64,000 nt of DNA, from NCBI GenBank assembly GCA_951406725.2, contig OX597819.1, positions 90,644,001 to 90,708,000 on the forward strand, in the 5' to 3' direction. The notes under the pieces were generated by a model that saw only the letters and a program-made list of their open reading frames with translations, ran no database searches and was not told where the DNA came from. The translations under genes were made by a program, and so were the position numbers. Shown in pieces: positions 1 to 13,887 of the stretch (position 1 is its first letter; each line of letters starts with the position of its first letter). This DNA comes from Octopus vulgaris. Taxonomy: Eukaryota.

Positions 1-1765
1 TGAATTTGGAGATGCAAACTGAAAGGAGCCTGTCATATATGTTTGTATATATTTATGCATGTCTGTTTTGTGCCCCACCCCCACCATCACCATTGCTTGA
101 CAACCAACGTTGGTATGTTTGCGTCCCCATAACTTAGCTGTTCGACTGATAAAATAAGCACCAGTCCAGGGATTGATTTCTTCGAGTAAAGGGCAGTGCT
201 TCAGCATGGCCACCGTCAAATGACTGAAGCCAGTAAAACAATAAAAGAATACCAGAACGTTCTGTACCACTAAACCAAGAAGGTTCTTTGAATATGTACG
301 ATGTATTTCAAGGCTAAATAGTAATTCTGTTTACGTTTGCATAACAGGTATTTTGGTTAGATTATATAGTTATTGGTTTTACACTTTGTATATTCTGTAA
401 CTGACACAATATACAAACATTTCTCATGGCACCCGTACACAATTTACAGATGCTTACATTTTTTATATTTTCTGTGAAATTTTCATGGATCCAGCTAGCC
501 TGTATAAGGTTTTAATAATAGCTGTGAATTTCTGCATAATTTTATTTTAAACAATCTCTAATTTGCACATGTTGGTGTGTGTTGTATAACAGCAGCAGAC
601 AACTAATTCTAACATAATTTTTACATTGCACCCCAAAAGAAAAATAATTTGTTTAGTTCCTGTTTAACATTTAGGTCAACTCTGATTGAGAAAGCTTATG
701 ATCAGAACTGTTTCAGCTGTCATCATCTGTCGCTTTCCCATTTTTTTATACATTGTGTATCTATACCTTTTTTTTTTTTAAATGCAAGTTGAGTATGATC
801 TGAGGGAAAGTTGGCTGTTGTTTCAGGCAGGTTAAGCAACTATTTAGAGATTCCTTTATTGGTTTGAGTCTGTTGGTTAACTCTGTCAGGTAAAATCAAA
901 GAAAGACCTTCCTGAAAATTGTTAAATTGCTGATACTTTAAATTTCTATCATTATCTAAACATACACCCAGAAACATATGTATAACCATTTAGCATTCAT
1001 ATTACTCTGACAAATGTTAATGCTTATTTCACACTGTTCTGAATTTATCATGCATCAACTTGAAGCTTGAAAATAAAATTTTATGATGTGGTTGTTTATT
1101 TTGAGACTGTAGGGTTGGCATAAGAGCCTGGATCTGGTCAGTTTGAATGTAAAACAGGTAGAATATATGGGCTGGATATGACTGGTTTAAATGCTAAAAG
1201 GATAAATGGGATTACTTGTAAGCATAATTTTAATTAAATAAATAAGGCTATAATAAATGTAATTTTTAAATTTCTTGACTTATTAATTTGTGTAGTTAAT
1301 TGTATGTATGAAGTTTTCATTTTTATATATGTGTTATTTAAAGTAATGTTTTTTTTCTCAATTTGTTTCCTAGCTGACCAAGTTTATGGAGACCCAGAAA
1401 TGCATTCTGATATAAGAAAAACCTGCATTGATTATATGGTGAGTTAATCTATCTAATATAATAATGAGTGTAGTGTTTTTATATATTATATATATATATA
1501 TTTGTCCAAAGTCATGCAGTGGGAGGGAGTGAGAGAAAGAGTAGTATAAGTGAAGGGAGAGGAGAGAAAATAATAATTCAGTGAAGTAATGAGAGTAATA
1601 GCCATGACTGACAGGGAGTGAGAGAAAGTCGCAAGAATGAGAAAGAGTAAGTGGTAAAGAGAGCATTGTGTACACCATACACACATACATATATATGTAT
1701 TTATGAGTGTGTGTGTGTGTATATATATCTGTAAATGTAATATGTGACAATTATTCGGTAGCCAA

Positions 1766-1810
1766 GATAAAACTCCGAGTTTCGGATGCTGAGGTGGAAC
1801 TTCAGTTATC
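1766..1810 (-). ncRNA. Degenerate minimal hammerhead (core partly deleted) at the apex of a long hairpin
   Basis: Minus strand reads GAUAA-CUGAAG(no A9)-UUCCACCUCAGCAUCC-GAAA-CUCGGAG-UU-UUAUC. It is enclosed by 35-bp inverted arms at 1726-1760 and 1820-1854. Confidence 0.45.
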
Positions 1811-2279
1811 CAGCCATTTTACCAAATAATTGTCACATATTACATTTACAGATAATTTCCTCTATTTACATAATATCGAGGTCTCTTTCTTTCTTTTGTT
1901 GTCTTACCATTTTTATCAATATATATATATATATATGTAGTAATGAAGGAAATATAACAAAGTTAACAATCAAATATATATTCTTTATTCCAACATAAGA
2001 CCTTGGGAAAGGTTCTTCTTAAAATAAATATTAACAGGATTATCATTGAAAAGTTAGTTAGAAATTGTTGATACAATCATGTCCAGCACATCCTACTACA
2101 TTATATATGCCTGCAGAGGCTTCCCTATAAGACAGGGTTAGAGGACAATCAGAAGAATCGTTTCACAGGTGAAATGTTTTGTGTACATTTTACGAAGATC
2201 ATTTGCTCTAATATTTCGGTTCCAATGTGTGTGTGTATATTTATGGTATATAGTGTTTGTTATTAGTTCACTGGTAATT

Positions 2280-2884
2280 TCAGTTGAATTCAATGAGAGG
2301 TTTTTACTCAGTGGGACCTGAATCTTAAAGCTGTCCATCAAGGATTTTTTCATTCATGGGAAAATACTTGGTGGAAGTAAGAAAGGAGAGGTGGCCTTTA
2401 TTCTGCACATTAGTCTCCGTCCCAGTGAGACAACCCTTCCCTTTAGTATGAGTAGACGACAGTTTCTTGTTATCCCAGCATTTGCAATCACTATAAACAA
2501 ATCACAAGGGCAGAGCTTCAATAATGCTGGCATCATCCTACTATCACCAGTATTCAGCCATTGACAACTTTATGTTGCATTGAGTAGAAGTAGAAGCAGT
2601 AACAATATTAAAATGTTGGTAAAGAACCATCCAAAACAAAGTGAACTTATTGGTGGTCGGGTTTTCACTAGAAATGTGGTGTTGAAGCAATTGCTAAGAT
2701 AAAGGTTGTAATATTTTCATTTTATGTTCTGTATCATTTTCATGCCATCATTTCTAATGGCACAGGTACATTAGTATTATAAGAATATTTAAGCCATTTT
2801 CAGGTAATGTTACTAAATGCAGATGTTTAGGAGTGGGTTTTATTTTTCATTACAGGCTGGGCATTTCCACCCGATTGAGTGAGT
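2280..2884 (+). mobile_element. Helitron 3' fragment (Pif1-family helicase C-terminus, pseudogenised)
   Basis: 2400-2702 translates ...[44 protein letters not shown]...TRNVVLKQLLR*. These are Pif1 motifs V/VI, with an internal TGA at 2562. Confidence 0.85.
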
Positions 2885-3251
2885 CATAAAACATAAATTG
2901 ATAATATAAATAGAACATTTTGCATTCAAGAAAGTAGAAACTAAGTTGTGAATACTGACTTCATTGGGTAGGTTTAGCAGGTAGTGGTGAACACATTTTT
3001 GTATTGAATTAGCTTTTGAGTGAATATGCAGAAATCTGCAAGTTTTTATTTTGTTTTTCTATTTATGTTACCTGAATGTAGTTGACAAAAATTTATATGA
3101 TTGTTTATTAAGGTAAGAAAAGGTCTTTAAAATGATTTTCCATCAGTTTTTCTATTAGAGAAAAGTAGTACAAGTTAAATAATTTTGTAAATTAAGATGT
3201 TGAAATGGGATATATATATATATATATATATATACATACATACACATACAT

Positions 3252-3990
3252 ACTGGGTGTATCAGCAAAATTGTCCAAATTTTAGATTCAGTTTCAAATC
3301 TTTGTATCTCAGGAATGTTTAAAGACAACTTAATGGAATTATCAGAGGATTTTCCAATGCTATTGGATTCTACTTTGAGCAACAAAAAATGTTGATCACT
3401 CCAAGATCTCCAAAAGAATCGTGGTGAAGTTGATCATGGATGAAAATGATATTTTTATGAATAACCATAGCTCAGGATTGAGAGTTCATTAAAGACTGGA
3501 ATAGTTATTAGTGTTCTTGTTGGGGTTTCTCTTATCTCTTGCTCAGGATATTTAGAAAGAATCCAGGTCTTTACATCTTTCAAAATCTGAACATAACAAA
3601 TTTCTGTCAGTCTCTCAGCCTTCTCAAAGATAATCAATGGCATCTTACCATCAGAGGCCACACAGTCGAAAATCATCACTATGGCAGGGCTGTTGCACCT
3701 GAAAATGACATTTTTGACTCTCTCATGAGGATCAGGAGACAGAACATGGCTGTTGTGTCTGTTTGTATGCATATCTTAGGTGAAATTCTTATCTGTGTAA
3801 AAGATCACTCCAGGATTATGTTTCACTTCGTTCAAGATGATCTTCACCCTCTCCAACATTCTAACCTTTTGTTCTGGAGTTACAAGGTACCTCACAGGTC
3901 TTAGTACGATTTCATTTTTAAGTCTTCTGTCACTGTTTTTTGAAGTTTAAAATGAGGAACTGTAGCAACAGCATCATCCCAAGTGTGGGA
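3252..3990 (-). mobile_element. Decayed Tc1/mariner transposase, maT (DD37D)-like
   Basis: ORF 3455-3772 has SPAIVMIFDCVASDGKMPLIIFEK...YVQILK, resembling the maT-type 'VMVWG.VAS.GKMPL.F' block. Boundaries are approximate. Confidence 0.6.
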
Positions 3991-3999
3991 GCAATATTC

Positions 4000-5750
4000 T
4001 ATCGTGAGTCTCACTTGACCTTGGTAGTGTCAGTAAAAGGATATGCTTTTACCAGGAGAGATCTTTGGTGATGGTGAGGTTTAACATTTGGAATAATTCT
4101 GAGAGCTCTAGTTGTATGTTGCTAATGTTTAAGGGAAGTGTTGTGCAATGTTGTTTTCTTGATACGAGTAGTGTTTGTGCTTTTTTATTTGCTGTCGAAA
4201 GAGACTAGATTTGCATATTCATATTGGAGGATGCTTTCAAGTTCTCTGTTCATGGAAACAGTGTAAGTGTTTTGTGTGGATGATGCATTATTGGGGAAGG
4301 TTAGGGAAGAATGGAGGGTAGTAACATCTGCATAAAGAGTAGGATTTATTGGACATGACAGCAATTAAGTCATTGAAGTATTGAAGGAAGAGTAAGAGTG
4401 ATGGGAGGAAAAGCAAAGCTTGGGACACAGAGATAGTAGAGTAGATCAGAAAAACCTCTTTCAGTACACTGCAATAATATTATCTGACGGGAAGCTTTTG
4501 ATCCCAGAGATAACTGGTGGGGCCCAGAGGCAGGATGTTTCATTAGGAGATGTGCATGCTAAATATGGTTGAAATCTTTGCTGATGATGATAATATTGCT
4601 GATAAGTTGCTTTTGTCAAATTTCTCTTGGGTGAGATCTAATGGTGAGTGACAAAGCAGAGCGGGTCCCCAGTAGATATGTCTTTACAGAATTTGAACTG
4701 GTGATCAATGTATTGGCTGTCTCCATTACCTTTGCAGTATAGTGAGTGCGATAAGATGATAGTAGGTTTAGTGGAGTTGCTTCTCTTGGGAATGATATAC
4801 ACTATAAGTGTATTTTGAAAGAACAATAGATCGAAGAGATTGAGTATTGGGGCTAGTTTTGAGGCACAATGCTTAAGGGTAAAGAAAGGGACAATGAGTT
4901 TGATGGCCTGTATGTTTGAAACAACTGGAAGTACTTACGCATTTTGGTATGTATGTAAAATGTGAACCTGAGGGTGAGGGGAAAAAAAAAAAGATTTGGA
5001 AATTTATAAATGTGCAGTGTGGAGATGGATGCAAAGCCGGCAGCCAAAGTGGAAATTTTCTCTGCCAGGTACTGCTTATAGAACCATTGTTGTTGAGAAG
5101 TAGAATATTAATGTGGGAAGGTGATGGAGATTCTTTTGGCAAGGGACTAAAATGATTGACTAGCAGTTTGGGAGGTGGGATAACTAGAGGACTGTGTGTT
5201 GCATGGGAATATTCTTCATAGATTGGGTAGTGGTCATGTAAGAGTTGTAGTGCTGGATAAATGATGAATTTCTTCAAATGTTGTAGGTCTTGTTTTTTGT
5301 CTGTGGCTGTGAGTGAATTACTTGGGAAACTGTTCGGAACATTTAAGTTTTTGTTGCATGTGTGATGTAGCCAACTGACATAAGTCCTATTGGATCTAGC
5401 AAGTGGGGTGGAGTATTGTTTATATGTAGATGCATATTGGGTAGATGTATTGAGATAGTAGTCAAAAGAGCTGATAGATGCCGAGACAGCTGTGATGTAG
5501 AGATGAAGTTCGGAAGTAAGAAAGTGATCAAGGGTGTTTATAATGTGTGTCTGTCAGTCTGGGATGTGGTAAACTGAGAATTGCAAAAAGATTTGTTTTT
5601 TTGCCTCAGTGGTATAGATATGAAATGTGGACAAGAGCAAAGTGCAATTGTGAACATTGAAGTGATGGGGGAGGCTGTCTTGAAAGGATGAAGTGAGATA
5701 TATCCTCACTGCAGTCAAAGTGTTGCTGGTGGTTCGAAGGTACTGAATTA
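4000..5750 (-). mobile_element. Highly decayed non-LTR retrotransposon fragment
   Basis: Strong purine/pyrimidine strand skew. The minus frame FCKDISTGDPLC resembles the RT 'GI.QGDPLS' motif. Fragmented. Confidence 0.35.
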
Positions 5751-8700
5751 TGAAGTGAATAATGAGCTTTATGTTGTGGTCTACAAAGCTACTATACTTT
5801 TGTCATACAATTATAACGTTTCTAAACATATTTTGAAAATCTAAAGGGGGTGGGTGGGTCTTTATTAGATGTTTTACTAAATCTTCATCACTGATATTTT
5901 TTGATGTTTGCTTACTGGTTGATTTGAAAATTAGCTACCACTTTGCTATTGTAGACTGTTTGCTGTATGTTATTTTGGATCATCAGATTACTTTCATCTG
6001 TTTTCATCACATACCTTTGCTACCAGCTGAATCTCTTTTGCTGCAAGCAGTGATTAATACCTTTAATTTTCAACTTTATTAATACTTGTCTGAACTTACA
6101 GTTTAACTATTTATGTTGTGTTCTCAGCATTTAAATATAATTTTTATTATGAAGACTATCACTAATCTCTGAGCTTTGAGTCTTAGCCTGGATTCTGTGT
6201 TGAAATGGTATATTAGAAGTGATATTGAAATGCATCTGCTTTAGATCAACCAGACTTTGGTAATAATAGCTTTCCATTTAGTTGAATATTGGACACACAC
6301 ACACACACACACACACGTTTAATGAGTACACATTTAGGTTGCTGTGCAAGTAAACCACATAGTTAAAGCACAAGAATCATTCTGCAGAATATTCATAAAA
6401 CATCATCATCTTTATTTAACGTCTGCTTTCCATACTGACATGGTTTAGACGGCTTGAGTGGAACTGGTAAGCCAGAGATCTACACTTGGTTCCAGTCTGA
6501 ATTTGGTTTGGTTTCTATGGCTGGATGCCCTTCCTAATGCCAACCACTCCGAGAGTGTTGTGAGTGTCTTTTATGTGTCACTGGCATAAATATATACATA
6601 TATAAATTTATTTATAGACCTACTCACAAACATGCTTTCTCAGTATTTTAGTTAGTTAATTCCTGATGCAATAAATGTACTAATGAACAAATGGCTTTTT
6701 GTAAGGAGCTGTAAACCTTCTGTCTTTCTGAACTGGATGAAATGAACACCGTTTGAGCCAGTAATGACTGACAAAACTAATTGAACTGTGATTCACTCTG
6801 ATCAGCAGAGTAAAGCATGTCATTTTCAAACTATATGTTCATTAAACAATGCAGACATTCTCTCTTAGTACTTAAGTTAATATAAATTGATTTTGTTTGG
6901 TATCTGTAAAAGTTTAGCACTTGTCTTTTGATGAAAAAAAAAAAAATTTGAACTATAACATTGGTTACTAAGGAAATAATATCAGTAGTTTTAGCAATTC
7001 ATTTCCTACTTGCATGTTAATTCATTGCAAATGTGTGATAATTATATTGTAGTTTATGAAAATCGGAGATTCTAGTAATATAGATTTTGGTCTTCTTTTA
7101 AAATGTGTGTGTGTATACCCACACTTCTGCTTATATGTCTGTATATAGTATTTCATTATATTATATAAATTTGGCTGAATCAATAAGTGTTTATTTAAAC
7201 TAGTACATCTGTTACCTATATTACATGATTGTAGGCAATGTAGATATGAGGAGATTGAAATAAAATTAATTTTGTTTGGTTTTGATTTGTAGAATCTTTC
7301 TTTAATGTGGTTTAATTTCATTAAAAAAATATTGAGAAGTTCACTCTTTAGATTTACAGTTCAATAATGTAAAGTAGTGTAATCATACTTCTTTCAATCA
7401 ATACTTTTGAGTGCTAAATATGAAAAACCATATATATTGTATCTTTTGTATTACTGGTGTGTTCTCCATGTAAAAGGGATCATCCCTTTGTCACCAAAAA
7501 TCTGAAGTACATTATGCAGTAGGGTATTGTTCTCATATTTGAAGACTATATTTTTTTATCACTATCATAGTAGTCTGAGCCATAGGAAAACCATCTTATT
7601 GAAATAATTTCTCTTCATTGAAAACCCTTAGGCCCTGGGCTATAGTTGTTTTGTTCTAGTATCCTTTCACTTGGACTACTTACCTGCTTTTTACTGTCTT
7701 TTCTGTTTTTTCTCTTTAATTTTTCTGCTACAGTAATTATATGAAGACTGTCGTTCTAATGATTATCATCTTGTAGAACTAATTACTTTTCTATTTCTTC
7801 ATGCAACTCGATTGATTGAAGCTTCATGATATACTGAAATTAAGAAAGATCCCTACATTGCTGTGCACCAATTCTTCAAGATTTGTTCATCAGGATTTCT
7901 TTTTTACAAGAAAAATTCCAAAACATAATATAATTTTTTTCAAGATTATATGGCAAAGTAGCCTTATCAGAATTCTTTTCAAAGAATGTTTAAAAATTAG
8001 TTAAATAGAAACAAGCTTCCAGAATTTTTAGTAATTTGGGTTATAGAATTGTTATAATATGCAAAGAAAACTAATTTTTCTATTTCCCATTTTTGACAAC
8101 CATTTTCCAATCTGTATATGAAATTGGAAGCAGGTTCAGACAATACTGAAGAATGTATGAAATTGGTTTGTTTCCTTCTACTGTTAAAGTAGTTATCTTG
8201 AAATCTTTAAGTTTTCTCTGATATTTTTCTGTTCTCTTGGTATATTATCCAGTCATTTTTATAACTGGTTCTTTTGCAGGTCTAATGAAGGACAATCTTT
8301 CTTAGTTTCATCTGTGTATTCTTAGTTGGTTAACTCCTCCATGCAGTTGGTCCCTTAACACACTTGCTTTCAACTAGTAGTACTCTGTGTCATTCTTTTC
8401 TTGTATAAGCTAGAAGAAATATTTTTGCCAATGTCTAAATAGAATTGGACATTTCTGAATGTGTCATTTATATTTTCTTGTCTATTAGTTTTGCTATTCG
8501 TTTAACTATGTTCCATATTTCCAACTGTGACAGGTATGATTCTTTCATATTTTGACAAGGATTCTTCAAGCTCTCTAGTGTCAACAACCATGAGAAAATG
8601 CACCCAGACACTCTGTAAAATGGTTGATGTTAGGAAGGGCATTGAGCCATAGAAATAAGCCAATTGACATGTTTCAGCACCTAGTGTTTGGGATCTGTAG

Positions 8701-9106
8701 TTCCCAGTTGGAGGCAACTTGGACCATGACAACCTGTCCAGCCCATGCCAGCATGAAAAATGGACATAAAAATTATTGATGATGATTGTGACAGAAATTG
8801 ATGTTTTGACATAGAAAGTTGTAAGGTAATTCATTCTGTTTAATGCAGTCTTGCAGAATACATCTTAGCAAGTTGTTTCAGTTGACCTTTTGCTGGGATC
8901 TTTCCTTTTCTGATGTGTGTAATTTTGTCTTTTTATAATTTTTAAAAAACTTTGCTCAATGATCCTTGAGTAACATATAATTCAGTGTTTGTTTGATATT
9001 TTATATGAATTTATTTTCCATTTTTTATTTTATTTTTAGATCTAATTTTGTTTGAGTTCATTTTATACTTAACCTAAAACTGTGTTTTCTTCTTTTTTAT
9101 TTGTAG

Positions 9107-9263
9107 GCAAAAAATGTAGATTACTTCAAACATTATGTTACAGAGGATTTTAACACTTACCTAAATCGTAAAAGGAATGACAATTGTCATGGTAACCATG
9201 TTGAAATGCAAGCATTATGTGAATTATATAATAGACCAATTGAAGTATACCAATACAGCTTAG
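9107..9263 (+). CDS. OTUD5: OTU domain deubiquitinase OTUD5/DUBA, internal exon (first one in window)
   Basis: ttgtag|...|gtaagg. Translates [52 protein letters not shown], matching the OTUD5 OTU domain from recall. 157 nt, ends in phase 1. Confidence 0.96.
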
Positions 9264-9789
9264 GTAAGGCAATCATCTTTGACAGGTACATCTGTGAGAG
9301 GCTTAGAAATTTGCTTTGCAATCATATAGTTCCAGTTTGATCCTATAGCTTGGGTTAATCTGAGGTTATGGTTAACCCAAGCTTTGTGAGTGAAATTGAG
9401 TAGAAGGAAACTGGTGAAAGATTGTTTAATGGGCTGTATTGGATGATCATGGCTTCTCCTCCCTTTTCGTATTGATATTGACCTTTTTGAGACATGGTAT
9501 TTTGGTATGTGTAACCAAAAAGGCCATTTTTTTCTGTTGAGATTGAAATTGATGGGTGCATGTAGAAAACAATGGATAAAGTACCTAAAACTATTTTATT
9601 GATATGTAAAACTATATTATGAAAGCTTGTAAACAGTACAATACATCCATCACAATAAGAAAACCTAAAACAGCACATAAATAAATAAAATAATAAGCAT
9701 AAATGCTTCCTTGAAAAGAAAAACAAAAAAAATATGTACTAGTAAATCTAAAACTACACTAAATCATACAAGAAAAGTTTTTATGCAAA

Positions 9790-12700
9790 AATATTTAACA
9801 GTGTGTAACAGCTAGCTAGCACTTGTGTTTGAGGAAACATGGTCCATGAAGGTCTTTTTTTACACTTCTGACACATGGTTCTAGACCTTTTTTGTCCCCC
9901 AGGCGTTCTCCTGTCATTACAGACACAACAGTCCTTTCCTTTGTTTTGAGAGTTGGTGACCAGACCATGCCTCCAGTCTCCTCAGAGGGACCACTCCTCA
10001 GGTCCATGTAGACTTTGATCAAGGCCTCAACAACCAAAACACAAACCCTGGCATGTCTATCTGATGTGTGCTCCTTGTAAATTATATACGAGTTCAACAT
10101 TCTGGAGTGAATGTTGAAAGTTCCTTTTTTCCAGTATTTAAGTGTCCTCCTCTCATTTAGATAGCTGTACAGCATCATGTCACCCTGGTCTATCCCCACC
10201 ATGTACTTGTTGTAAGCAAGCACAGAGAAGGGCTTGTAAACATGTGCTGCAGCTCTATGGGTTTGGCCTCGTCTTCTCATTTACACCTGTTAATCCCCAG
10301 CTTTCTCCTTGGTAGAGAGCAACAGCACAGCATTTTTGGGGGGACTTTTTGCAGAATGCTGTAGTCAAGATTTTTCCCTGTCTGCAGTTTAAACTCTCAC
10401 CTGGTTGTTGCTGTACTTTTAAGGCTTTTTGAAAGCTCCTTTTTGTTTCTTTGAACAGTTCCAGTTATGTGGGTGTTATTTTCAGTCAGTTCACAAAACA
10501 TGATATCCTTTGCCAAGATAGTTCCCAATGGTGCAGACCTGTTTCACTTTCTCTGTCTTACTTACTTCAATAAGCAAAGAAGCCCAGCAAGTAAGCTGAA
10601 ATAGTCACTCAGCATCCACAGTTTGATGCTCCATTTGTGGTGATGCTTGTTGGGCAAATACTGCATCAGCTGAGTTTTGTTCTTTGTCCCAATCAAACTT
10701 TCATCAACACATATGCTTCTGTGTTGTGTATAGTGGTGACAAAACATCTTATATGCGTGGCCAATGATTGGAGAAAACTTTGCACAGGGATCATAGTTCA
10801 CATCTTGAGGATCTGGTTGATTCCTATTATCCACCATGTGAAAAAATTTCAACTAAAGTTCAAACCTGCATCTGGCCATCAGCTGGTTGAACCAGGGTGT
10901 GGTTTGTGATGTCAAGTAAGACCAATAGGATTTGATGGTTGGTTTTCTTAGTAGCTCCGTGTTGAGAATTGCAGCAGTGAATTCCTTCATCTCTGTGCCT
11001 AATGTTGGCATCCAATTCTTGGCGATTGATGTAGGTTTCAGTCTGGCTTTGGTCAGAAACTGTCTTGCATAATGGTTTGTCTCAATCAAGAAAAGTTTTG
11101 TCATTGTGTCTATCAAAAGCAGCAGGAAGTATGCAATGGGAGTGCTTTCTTTTGGTGGCATGTTTTTTGGTGCTGTGGACTCAAGAAACTGGTAGGGATC
11201 ATCACAATCCAATTTAGTATCATTGATCCTGAACTATGGCATCATTGCAGAATAAGTCTCGTTACTTTCTATTTCACTTTCCACAGATTCTTCAATATTT
11301 TCATACGTGCTTTCTTTGAATCACTAGAATCATCATCATCATTGTTTAATGTCCGTTTTCCATGCTAGCATGGGTTGGACGGTTCGACTGGGGTCTAGGA
11401 AGCCAGGAGGCTGCACCAGGCTCCAGTCTGATCTGGCAGTGTTTCTACAGCTGGATGCCCTTCCCAATGCCAACCACTCCATGAGTGTAGTGAGTACTTT
11501 TTACGTGCCACTGGCACAGCCTTGATCAGTTGGTGCTCTTTACATGCCACCGGCACAGGAGCCAGTTGATGCAGCGCTGGCATTGGCCATGTTCGGATGG
11601 TGCTTTTTACATGCCACCGGCACAGGAATCACAACTGCAATTTCCATTTAATTTTCATTTTGATGTTGTGTCGGTGGCACGTAAAAAGCACCCACTACAC
11701 TCATGGAGTGGTTGGCATTAGGAAGGGCATCCAGCCGTAGAAACATTGCCAGATCAAACTGGGCCTAGTGCAGCCTTCTGGCTTCCCAGACCCCAGTTGA
11801 ACTGTCCAACCCATGCTAGCATGGAAAGCGGACGCTAAACGATGATGATGATGTTGATGTACTTGACTCAATATGTCTCCTCAAGCACAGCAGGTCGCCC
11901 TACAATCCAAGGTACTTTTGAATGGGCTGGGGCTGGTTATACGAAACTGGTGTAGGATACAACCATGAACTCACTTTATTTGCTGGGTCTTCGCAGTCAC
12001 AGTATATCTCCAGAGGTCTTGGTCTTTCGTCATTGCTTCTGTGAGGCCCAACATTCGAAAGTCATGCTTCACCACTCATCCCATGTCTTCCTGGGTTTAC
12101 CTCTACCCTGCATTCCTTCAACTGTTTGGGAGTGGCACTTCTTCACACAGCTCTCCTCATCCATCTGTAGTACATGACCATGCCAGCACAAACGTCTCTC
12201 TTGCACTCCTCATCCAATGCTTCTTATGTCCAGAATTTCTCTCAGGGCGTTTACACTGTCGTGTGTGCACACTGACATTACACATCCAGCCGATCATGCT
12301 AGCTTTATTTCTTTCAAGCCTATGCATGTCCTCAGCAGTCACAGCCCATGTTTCACTGCTGTGAAGCATGGCAGTTCGCACGCATGCATCATACAATCTA
12401 CCTTTCACTCTGAGCGAGAGGCCTTTGTCTCAAGTAGGGGTAGAAGCTTTCTAAACTTTGCCCAGGCTATTCTTATTCTAGTGGTAACACTCGCTGAGCA
12501 TCCACCTCCACAACTGACTTGGTCACCTAGGTAGCGGAATGTGATGGAATCTCTTTTCTGAGCATCTGTGGTGTTTATTGCCCCTGTGCATCTACCGCAC
12601 ACGAAAGCTGTCTTCTCGGTTAATCTTCCTTCGATGTTACTGCACCTCTTATGTGTCCATAGCTTACACTGGGTACATCTTATGGAGTTTCTACAGATTG

Positions 12701-13034
12701 AGCAAGGCCACCTACCTGAGGGTGTGTGTGATGTGTTCGCCTTCCTACTTACTAGAACTTTGGTCTTTGCAGCATTGACTCACTTGTATCAATCTCATTG
12801 CTTAGCTCGTAACTTTTCGTCAGAATTGCTCATCTTTGCAGTGGTAAAAACAAATAAAAACACACTGAACACTTTGGGCAAACATGGTGACATCTACTGA
12901 AAGACGATCTCTGATTGGCTATTACACTTCAAAACCAACCATTCATTTGTTTCATTGGGCCAATGGATTAGCCTCAAAGTCCTTTTAGCTTGTATCACTT
13001 GGGCTGATCAATCAGCCTGCATGTCCCAAGAGGG
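9790..13034 (-). mobile_element. Decayed piggyBac (PGBD4-like) transposon interrupted by an RTE LINE
   Basis: Minus ORFs give CVDESLIGTK...QYLPNKHHHKWSIKLW, YNKYMVGIDQGD...RRTLKYWKK and a C-terminal Cys-rich end. One terminus GGG|TTAA is at 13032-13038. Confidence 0.85.
11330..12770 (-). mobile_element. RTE-clade LINE 3' part with (GAT)n tail, nested in the piggyBac, itself holding an inverted second tail (11670-11852)
   Basis: FRYLGDQVS...RIRIAWAKFRKLLPLL and KGRLYDACVRTAMLHSSETW are RTE-type RT C-terminal blocks. The tail is CAT/GAT. Confidence 0.88.
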
Positions 13035-13738
13035 TTAAATTAGTAGCTGAAAAGTTAATTTATGCTGCTCTTCCTCCTGTATAAGTTGTTAATAAATAAA
13101 AACAAAAAAATTGTTGAAGATGTCATAGTAAGTTGCCAGATGCAGCTGTACTTCTCAATTTGAATTATTATGCTTTATTTTATGAACAGTGAGTTAATAT
13201 TCCAACTTCCTTCAATGTCGAAGTTTTGTCACTCATTGATCACAATTATCAATAATAGTTAACTGCACAGTTTAATTCTTTTGTTACTATGTTTCTGTTG
13301 AAATACATTACCTTTGTTAAATAACTTTGTCATTGAGCTGGTGTTTAGAACATAAGTTTATATCAGATCCAGAGGTGGTCTTGGGCAGGATGGAATCAAA
13401 TGGGTTAAAATATGTTCCACTTCCAAGACTTCAGCTGTTATATTTTATTTCAACTCATTTGATTTGATTTGAAAACATTTTTGTTTTGGTTTCTCTGATG
13501 ATGTAAAAATGCTTGCTAATTTACATCATCCTGCTGTAGAAATAAATGTTACGTGTTTATTAATACAGCATTTACTCTTGTCCTTTTTTATGGTCATAAA
13601 CCAGGTTATTTTTCAGTGTAACAACTTTTAATTTGTCTAATTTATTTTAATAAATTTTTAAGAGTATTTTCCATTCAAATGAAGAATTTTTGGCTATTTC
13701 CTGTACTGACTTTTCTTTCTTCACATATTGTTATTTAG

Positions 13739-13887
13739 ATCCTATCAACACATTTCATTCTTCTTATAAAACGGACAATGAACCAATAAGAATAAGTTAT
13801 CATAGAAATGTTCATTATAATTCAGTTGTGGACCCATATAAAGCTACCATAGGTGTAGGACTTGGATTACCTGGTCTTCAGCCTGGG
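13739..13887 (+). CDS. OTUD5: OTUD5 exon with the catalytic His loop
   Basis: tttag|...|gtaagt. (D)[49 protein letters not shown] carries the HYNS motif. Phase joins the previous exon. Confidence 0.97.

Noticed and set aside
1-9106. Upstream OTUD5 exons, including the catalytic Cys loop
   Set aside because: No DGxCLFR-type coding segment was found. The region reads as intron, so the 5' exons are presumed outside the window.
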